The position numbers and the translations under genes are program-made. A DNA stretch of 64,000 bases from Vicinamibacteria bacterium (lineage in GTDB: Bacteria; Acidobacteriota; Vicinamibacteria; Marinacidobacterales; Marinacidobacteraceae): contig OZ219815.1 in NCBI GenBank assembly GCA_964291235.2, forward strand, positions 1,120,001 to 1,184,000, written 5' to 3'. The notes under the pieces are model-generated. The model worked only from the letters and a program-made list of their open reading frames with translations, was not told the origin of the DNA and did not search any database. Positions 57,967 through 64,000 of the stretch are shown here, piece by piece (position 1 is the stretch's first letter; each line of letters opens with the position of its first letter).

Positions 57967-59556
57967 TCAGGCGATCCCGGCCGCGTGCAGCATGGCTTCC
58001 GCGCCCATCTTTCCGGGCACTCCCATCACCCCGCCGCCCGGGTGGGCGCCGGAGCCGCACAGGAAAAGCCCCCGAACGGGGGTGTGGAACTGGGCCCAGC
58101 CCGCCGCCGGGCGCAGGAAGAAGAGCTGGTCGAGTCCCAGTTCGCCCTGAAAGATGTTGCCCTCGCTGAGCCCGGTGCGGCGTTCGATGTCCAGCGGGGT
58201 GAGCACCTGCCGTTCGAGGATGATGTCCGGCAGGTTCGGCGCGTACTCGGCGAGCGTCCGGATCACCGTGTCGCCGAAGGCGTCCCGCTGCGCGTCCCAG
58301 TCGCCGTGCTTGCCGTTCAGGTGGTACGGCGCGTACTGGACGAAGATGGACATCACGTGCTTCCCCGGGGGCGCCATCCCGGGATCGATGAGCGAGGGGA
58401 TCATCACGTCGAGGTAGGGACGCCGCGAGTAGCTTCCGTACTTGGCGTCGTCGTAGGCGCGTTCCAGCGTCGCCCGGTCGGGGCTGATCGAGATGGCCCC
58501 CGCGAGGTGGGGTCCCGGACCCGGCAGCGCGGTGAAATCGGGCAGCGCGTCGAGCGCCAGGTTCACCTTCCCGGAGGAGCCCTGGAACCGGTAGCGCCGG
58601 ATCGCCTCCACGAACTCGCCGGGCAACTCGTCGGAATCGAGCATTCCGAGGAACGTCCGGCGGGGATCCACGCTCGATCCGACCTGGTCGGCGAACACCT
58701 CTTCGCCGCCCTCGAGCACCACCCCGGCCGCCCGTCCGCCGCTGGTCAGGATCCGTTCGACTCCGGCGTTCGTGCGGATCTCCGCTCCGAAGCTCCGGGC
58801 GGCGTTCGCGAGCGTCTCGGCGACCGCGCCCATGCCGCCGCGCTGGAAGCCCCACGACCGTGATGCCCCGTCGATCTCGCCCATGTAGTGGTGGAGCAGG
58901 ACGTACGCCGTGCCCGGAGACGAGATGCCGAGGAACGTCCCGATGATGCCGCTCGCCGCCATGGTGGCCTTGAGGACGTCGGTCTCGAACCAGCGGTCGA
59001 GGTAGTCCCCGGCGCTCGCCGTCATGAGCCGGGCGAGTTCGTGAAAGCGCCGGTCCTCGAGTGCCGAGAAGTGCGACGCGAGGTCCACGAGGCCGCGCAG
59101 TTCCCGGGGGTGGACCGAGCCCACCCGCGGCGGCCGCATCGTGAGCAGATCCCGGATCCCCCGGCCCAGTTGGTGCATCCGGAGCCCGAAGAGTGGATAG
59201 TTGTCGGCGTCCCGGCGCGAGAATTGGAGGAGCGATTCGCGGGTCCGCGCGGGGTCGTGCCAGCGGGTCAGCGCCCGCCCGTCGCGGAGGGGAGTGAAGG
59301 TGCCGTCGAGCGCCTGAAGCTGGAGCCCGTGCCGGGCGAGGTCGAGGTCGTCGATGATCTGCGGCCGCAGCAGGCTCACCACGTAGGAGAACACCGTGAC
59401 CGTGAATCCCGGCAGGATCTCTTCGCTGTAGGTGGCGCCGCCCACCCGCTCGTTCTTCTCGACCAGCAAGACGTTGCGGCCGGCCCGCGCCAGGTAGGCG
59501 GCCGAGATCAGGCCGTTGTGGCCGCCCCCGATGATTACGGCGTCGTAGCGGTTCAA
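57967..59556 (-). CDS. Phytoene-desaturase-like (COG1233, PYROXD2/CrtO-like) FAD oxidoreductase
   Basis: IGGGHNGL, SLLRP, GTAYVLLHH, GGMG, GNIFQGE, CGSGAHPGGGV; TTG start. Confidence 0.88.
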   Translation of the reverse strand: MNRYDAVIIGGGHNGLISAAYLARAGRNVLLVEKNERVGGATYSEEILPGFTVTVFSYVVSLLRPQIIDDLDLARHGLQLQALDGTFTPLRDGRALTRWHDPARTRESLLQFSRRDADNYPLFGLRMHQLGRGIRDLLTMRPPRVGSVHPRELRGLVDLASHFSALEDRRFHELARLMTASAGDYLDRWFETDVLKATMAASGIIGTFLGISSPGTAYVLLHHYMGEIDGASRSWGFQRGGMGAVAETLANAARSFGAEIRTNAGVERILTSGGRAAGVVLEGGEEVFADQVGSSVDPRRTFLGMLDSDELPGEFVEAIRRYRFQGSSGKVNLALDALPDFTALPGPGPHLAGAISISPDRATLERAYDDAKYGSYSRRPYLDVMIPSLIDPGMAPPGKHVMSIFVQYAPYHLNGKHGDWDAQRDAFGDTVIRTLAEYAPNLPDIILERQVLTPLDIERRTGLSEGNIFQGELGLDQLFFLRPAAGWAQFHTPVRGLFLCGSGAHPGGGVMGVPGKMGAEAMLHAAGIA

Positions 59557-59746
59557 GGGGTGGTCTGGAGCTCTTGCAAGTTCGGGCGCCGCGGGCGCGA
59601 AGGCCGCGCGATCCTATCCCGGTTTCCGTCTTCGAGACGGTGTTGGCGGGGAGGCAGGCCGATCCTCCCGGGGAAGCGTTCCCGCCGTTCTCTCAGTGAT
59701 ATCAATATTACAGAAATAGATATAATCTGTATACGCATAATCCCGT

Positions 59747-61135
59747 ATGCGCTTCCTCAACCGCACCGACGAACTCGGCCGCCTTGACGCCGCTCTTCAG
59801 CATCCGGGAAGCCTCACCGCGATCTGGGGACGCCGCCGCGTCGGGAAATCGCGGCTGCTCCTCGAATGGTCGTCGCGCCACGACGGTCTCTACACCGTGG
59901 CCGACCTCTCGGCTGCCCCGATCCAGCGGCGGTATCTGGCCGCCGCCGTGGCGGAGCGCTTCCCCGGCTTTGCGTCCGTGGAGTATCCGGACTGGCGATC
60001 CTTTCTGGAACGGTTGCGGGCCGAAGCGGTGGCGGCGGGATGGCCGGGGCCGTTCATCCTCGACGAACTGCCGTATCTGATCGCGGCGGACCCGACCTTC
60101 GCCAGCGTCCTCCAGAACTGGCTCGACCGCCCCGGGCCGCGTCCGTCGGTCGTGGTCAGCGGCTCCAGTTGGCGGATGATGCACGGGGCGCTGCTGAGCG
60201 CCGCGGCGCCCCTCTACGGTCGCGCGGTGGAGGCGTTCGCGGTGCAGCCCCTCCGCCCGGCGTACCTGAGCGACGCCTTCCCGCGTTCCAGTCCGCGCGA
60301 GCAGGTGGCGCTCTACGCCCTCTGGGGTGGCACGCCGCGGTACTGGGAACTCGCGGAGCGCTTCGGCGCGGACCTTGAGGCCGCCGTGGATTCCCTGGTG
60401 CTCGACCCTGCAGGGCCGCTGCACGACGAGCCGGACCGTCTGCTCCGCGCGGAGACCCCCACGGCTTCGTCCCTGCGGCCGTTACTGGACGTGATCGGCG
60501 CGGGCTCGCACCGGATCACCGAAATCGCCGGGCGCCTGGGGAAACCGGCTTCGAGCCTCTCGGGGCCGCTCGCGACGCTTTGCGAGATGCGGTTGTTGCG
60601 CCGGGAGATTCCGTTCGGAAGCCCGTCCCGCTCGGGAAAACGCAGCCTGTACCGGATTGAGGATCCCTTCCTGCGGCTCTGGTTCGGGGTGGTCGCGCCC
60701 CACCGCGCGGCACTTGCTGCGGCCCCGCGGGAGACCAGGCTCTCGTACTGGGAACGCGCCCGGCCCGGCCTCGAGTCTCAAGCTTGGGAAGAACTCTGCC
60801 GGATGGCGGCCCCGAGCCTGCACCGCACCGATGCGCCGCTCGGCGCGCTCGGTCCCTGGGAGCCCGCGCAGCGCTACTGGCGGCGGAACGAGCCCGAAGT
60901 AGATCTCGTCGCCCGCTCGGTGGACGGCAAGCGGCTGCTCGTGGGAGAGGCGAAGTGGATTGCGGAATCCCGGTCCCGGAGGCCGACGGAGAAGATCGAA
61001 GCCGCCCATGTCCCCGGCGCGCGGGATGCCGAAGTGATCCCTGCCCGCTTCGTCCCGGTTCCCGCGCGTCGTCGCTCGCGAGAGCCGGAGGTGTACGAGG
61101 TCAGCGCCGCAACCGTGCTGGCGGCCCTCCGGTAG
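59747..61135 (+). CDS. Archaeal-type ATPase (ATPase_2) with wHTH and DUF234-like nuclease-fold C-terminus
   Basis: MRFLNR..EL, GRRRVGKS, LDELPYL, GGTPRY, DPFLRLWF, EVDLVA...GEAKW. Confidence 0.88.
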   Translation: MRFLNRTDELGRLDAALQHPGSLTAIWGRRRVGKSRLLLEWSSRHDGLYTVADLSAAPIQRRYLAAAVAERFPGFASVEYPDWRSFLERLRAEAVAAGWPGPFILDELPYLIAADPTFASVLQNWLDRPGPRPSVVVSGSSWRMMHGALLSAAAPLYGRAVEAFAVQPLRPAYLSDAFPRSSPREQVALYALWGGTPRYWELAERFGADLEAAVDSLVLDPAGPLHDEPDRLLRAETPTASSLRPLLDVIGAGSHRITEIAGRLGKPASSLSGPLATLCEMRLLRREIPFGSPSRSGKRSLYRIEDPFLRLWFGVVAPHRAALAAAPRETRLSYWERARPGLESQAWEELCRMAAPSLHRTDAPLGALGPWEPAQRYWRRNEPEVDLVARSVDGKRLLVGEAKWIAESRSRRPTEKIEAAHVPGARDAEVIPARFVPVPARRRSREPEVYEVSAATVLAALR

Positions 61136-61209
61136 CGCCCGCGGTCGCCGCCGACCGAAGCCAGGGTGATCAGCGCGCTGGCGTAGGCCGGGACGATTTC
61201 TTCATCCAC
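61136..61209 (-). pseudogene. 5' stub of a DUF3368-like PIN toxin
   Basis: Reads (V)DEEIVPAYASALITLASVGG, resembling the PIN N-terminus IVxADASPLIxLAxVG; similarity ends at the ATPase stop codon. Confidence 0.55.
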
Positions 61210-61535
61210 TGAGAGATCGCCTCGACATCCTCGCGCAGGCTGGCGGCGTTCCCGTCCACGACTGGAATCCCCAAACGAGAGACGCGCTGCATGAATTGCG
61301 CGATCGGCATCCCCGAGATCTCCGCCGCCCGGCCCAGAGACAGGCTGCGGCTCCGGTAGAGCGCCGTAGCGACCGCTTCCCGGATGCCGGGTTGGGTTGG
61401 CAGCGAGTCATCGCTGAGATGCACGAGCAACGCCTCCGGCTGGTCGCGTTTGAGGATCACCACGGGCTCCGACCGCGCTTGGCGCAGGGCGGCCGATGGG
61501 TTGTTCTTGAGCGCTCGGACACTGATTGCTCTCAT
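61170..61535 (-). CDS. Phd-like plus UPF0175 antitoxin
   Basis: VRALKNNPSAALR..PVVILKRDQPEA; ALYRSRSLSLGRAAEISGM...F...SRLGIP. Confidence 0.85.
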   Translation of the reverse strand: MRAISVRALKNNPSAALRQARSEPVVILKRDQPEALLVHLSDDSLPTQPGIREAVATALYRSRSLSLGRAAEISGMPIAQFMQRVSRLGIPVVDGNAASLREDVEAISQWMKKSSRPTPAR

Positions 61536-61658
61536 CGTGGGTGATCCCCGCAAGTAGGAACGTAACGCAGGACCACTGCCGAACGTCATCCTCCCGACTC
61601 TTCGGTCTCTCTGGAGTTTGTCCTTGTATATTTGTAATCTAACGTAAAAAATACAAGG

Positions 61659-62879
61659 ATGATTCAGCGTCGAATCGAGACCGAAGTAAGCGAGGCGCTT
61701 CGCTGGCAGCCAGCGGTCGCCCTGCTCGGCCCGCGTCAGGTCGGAAAGACCACCCTCGCGCAGCAGATCGGAAGCAAAGCCGACGCGGTGTACTTCGACC
61801 TTGAGGATCCGGACGACCGCGACAAGCTGCGGCAGGCCCGAGCTCTCTTCGATCGCTACGAAGACCGCCTCGTGATTCTGGATGAGATCCACCGGCTTCC
61901 GGATCTGTTGCTCTCGCTGCGCGGGGCGATCGACCGGGGAAGAAGCCGAGGACGGCGCTCCGGGCGCTTCCTGATCCTCGGCTCGGCGTCCCTCGACGTG
62001 TTGCGGGAGACCGGTGAGACGCTGGCGGGCCGTATCGCGTATCGCGAGCTGCTCCCGTTGGACATCCTGGAGATTCCGGAGGACTCCGGGTCGCAGGAGG
62101 CGCTCTTCGTTCGCGGCGGCTATCCGGAAGCCTTTCTGGCGCCGTCCGACGCGGTGAGCTTTGGTGGGCGCCGCGACTTCATCCGCACCTATCTGGAACG
62201 CGAATTGGCGTGGATGAACCCGCGGCTGCCCGCGGAAACGCTCAGTCGGCTCTGGACCATGCTGGCCCACGCGCAGGGTGCGCTCCTGAATGCCTCCCGG
62301 CTCGCCGGCTCGCTCGGCCTCGCCGTCCAGACTGTCAACCGTTATCTGTCGGTGCTCAGCGATCTCCTGCTGGTTCGGAAACTGACGCCGGTGCGCGCCA
62401 ACATCGGGAAGCGTCTGGTCAAGTCGCCGAAGGTCTATCTGCGGGACAGCGGATTCGTTCACGCCCTGCTGGAACTGCCGTCCTTCGACGCGCTGGCCGG
62501 CCATCCGGTCGTGGGGCCGTCCTGGGAGGGCTTCGTGATCGAGAACCTGCTCGCGGTGGCGCCCGAACGCACCCGGGCGGGCTTTTTCCGCACCGCCGCC
62601 GGCGCGGAGATGGATCTCGTGCTGGACTTTCCGAGCGGCGAGCGCTGGGCCGTTGAGATCAAGTGGAGCCGCGTTCCCCGGACGACCAAGGGCTTCCACC
62701 TGGCCCGGGAAGCCCTGAGGCCGGACCGTTGTTTCCTGGTGGGTACCGGTCCAGACCGCTATCCCGTGACGGACGACGTAGAGGCCATCGGCCTCCGCGA
62801 ACTGGCGGCGGAATTGCTCGCCCGTCGGTCTCCGGTCTCCGCCTCGCGACGCCGGGCCGGCGAGAATGCGCCGCCCTAG
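61659..62879 (+). CDS. AAA_14 ATPase with DUF4143 C-terminus
   Basis: GPRQVGKTT, LDEIHR, LGSAS, RGGYP, KRLVKSPKVYLRDSG, EMDLV...VEIK. Confidence 0.92.
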   Translation: MIQRRIETEVSEALRWQPAVALLGPRQVGKTTLAQQIGSKADAVYFDLEDPDDRDKLRQARALFDRYEDRLVILDEIHRLPDLLLSLRGAIDRGRSRGRRSGRFLILGSASLDVLRETGETLAGRIAYRELLPLDILEIPEDSGSQEALFVRGGYPEAFLAPSDAVSFGGRRDFIRTYLERELAWMNPRLPAETLSRLWTMLAHAQGALLNASRLAGSLGLAVQTVNRYLSVLSDLLLVRKLTPVRANIGKRLVKSPKVYLRDSGFVHALLELPSFDALAGHPVVGPSWEGFVIENLLAVAPERTRAGFFRTAAGAEMDLVLDFPSGERWAVEIKWSRVPRTTKGFHLAREALRPDRCFLVGTGPDRYPVTDDVEAIGLRELAAELLARRSPVSASRRRAGENAPP

Positions 62880-62908
62880 CACTTCATCAGGCGGGTCAGC
62901 CCGGATTC

Positions 62909-63163
62909 CTCATACTTCCGCCGCAGAGATCGATGCGGGATGGTTCTCCTTTCGGCGGGAACTCGACCAGCCTTGATGTTGGACAGGCACGGGAACGCCG
63001 GCCTCCAGGCCGGCACAGCCCGCCGTAGGCGGGCGGCGGGACGGACCTGGTTGGCCGGGATGGCTCCCTTTCTCGGAGGGCACCCCGTGAGCGCGAGCGG
63101 CGAGGAACCGCCCGCGGCGCTACGCGCCGCTGTGCCGACCTGGAGGTCGGCGTTCCCGTGCCT
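62909..63163. repeat. 150-bp copy of 13155-13304 plus an inverted REP-like partner (63131-63163)
   Basis: Hand alignment gives 138/150 identical with no indels; inverted AGGCACGGGAACGCCG(G/A)CCTCCAGG(C/T)CGGCACA. Confidence 0.88.
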
Positions 63164-63253
63164 ACACGCTATCCGTCCGGTCGGGGTCCGCGCCTGACGC
63201 GTTTCTCCGGACATCATCAACAGGTTGACGTGATCCGCGCGGCACCTTGGGCC

Positions 63254-63770
63254 ATGAGGTATGAGAAATCCCGGTTCGGCTTCGGGACCCGAGAACGCGA
63301 TGGGGACTCATCCGACGCTCCACAGTGGGAGCCGAATAGGGCACGGCGGACGTTCCGTCCTCGTCCCGCGGCTGGCAGCCCCGCCGTGGTGTCCCGTGTC
63401 TCCGACAGGTCCGAGCCTTGTCCGCGCCGAGATCCGTGGTCGTACCGGCTATCCGGTCTGGCAACGAAAGCCTGGCTTGATGAAGCGCTGCGGGAACTGG
63501 GCGAGGTCGCTGACGGGTTCGACGTTGATGGACAACGGCCCTCCCGCGCGGTGGTCGCCGAGGCTCGCTCCCTGCTCCGGCATCTGGCCGGATGGCGCGC
63601 CCGCCGTGGGCATTGAGTTCCATGGTCCGGAAGGGTGCCGACTGCTGATCGTGGAGTCGGACGGTTCCGCGATCTACCAGGAACTGATCGCAGGCGATGT
63701 CTTGACCGAAAGGTTCGAGGACTGGCGCCAACTCTCGGAACTCTCGGTCGTGATGCGTGCCAGTGGGTGA
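63254..63770 (+). pseudogene. Possible frameshifted hypothetical gene
   Basis: Protein-like WLDEALRELGEV...ARSLLRHL in one frame continues as AVGIEFHG...LLIVESDGSA in another frame near 63590. Confidence 0.35.
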
Positions 63771-64000
63771 GAGTTCCGGTCCATGGTGAAGTCGAAGCCC
63801 CCGCCTGACATTCGCTCCAACGAGCGTCTCGGACGGCGCGTGACCGAGCACCCTCACTGTAGTCGCCCGATCCGGCAGTAGTCCCACCCACGGCCCGGCC
63901 GCCCGCTGTTTCCGTCCGCTCCCGGGGTGCCCGGCACAAGCAGTCCCGCCAGCACCGATCTGGGCCCAGCAACGAGCAACCGCGAACGGTCGTAAGTTGC

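Noticed and set aside
56412-59556. Carotenoid biosynthesis cluster
   Set aside because: No crtB, crtE, crtY or hpn genes nearby; the linked gene is a solute transporter
63780-64000. Gene at the right edge of the window
   Set aside because: No frame gave a recognisable protein; cannot be called without flanking sequence

Overview
High-GC (roughly 70%) bacterial chromosomal window with about 55 supportable CDSs and one tRNA-Asn(GTT). Core and metabolic content: dnaX-ybaB-recR, a histidine-utilisation cluster (hutF-hutU-hutH divergent from hutI, no hutG/hutC here), recQ, a GldA/GldF-GldG/DUF4340-type ABC operon, a polyamine-type ABC importer with two binding proteins, and many exported hydrolases and oxidoreductases. 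Accessory content is scattered between these: two intact type II TA pairs, an orphan UPF0175 antitoxin with a decayed toxin stub, three ATPase-nuclease genes, a GIY-YIG protein, an ankyrin-TPR protein and a TPR/FGE (CLec-fold) protein. This mix suggests a host-associated lineage, possibly a sponge-symbiont Acidobacteriota-like one (inference only). The main non-obvious signals are: (1) about 10 two-hairpin REP-like elements with compensatory base changes, including a 150-bp dispersed duplication; (2) a probable remote DGR target with no RT or TR in the window; (3) three ATPase-nuclease cassettes, each with an AT-rich palindrome at its start, plus one orphan palindrome; (4) a likely CTG start codon; (5) four tandem paralogue pairs. 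No CRISPR array, integrase or transposase was seen. All family assignments come from motif recognition by eye, not database searches.
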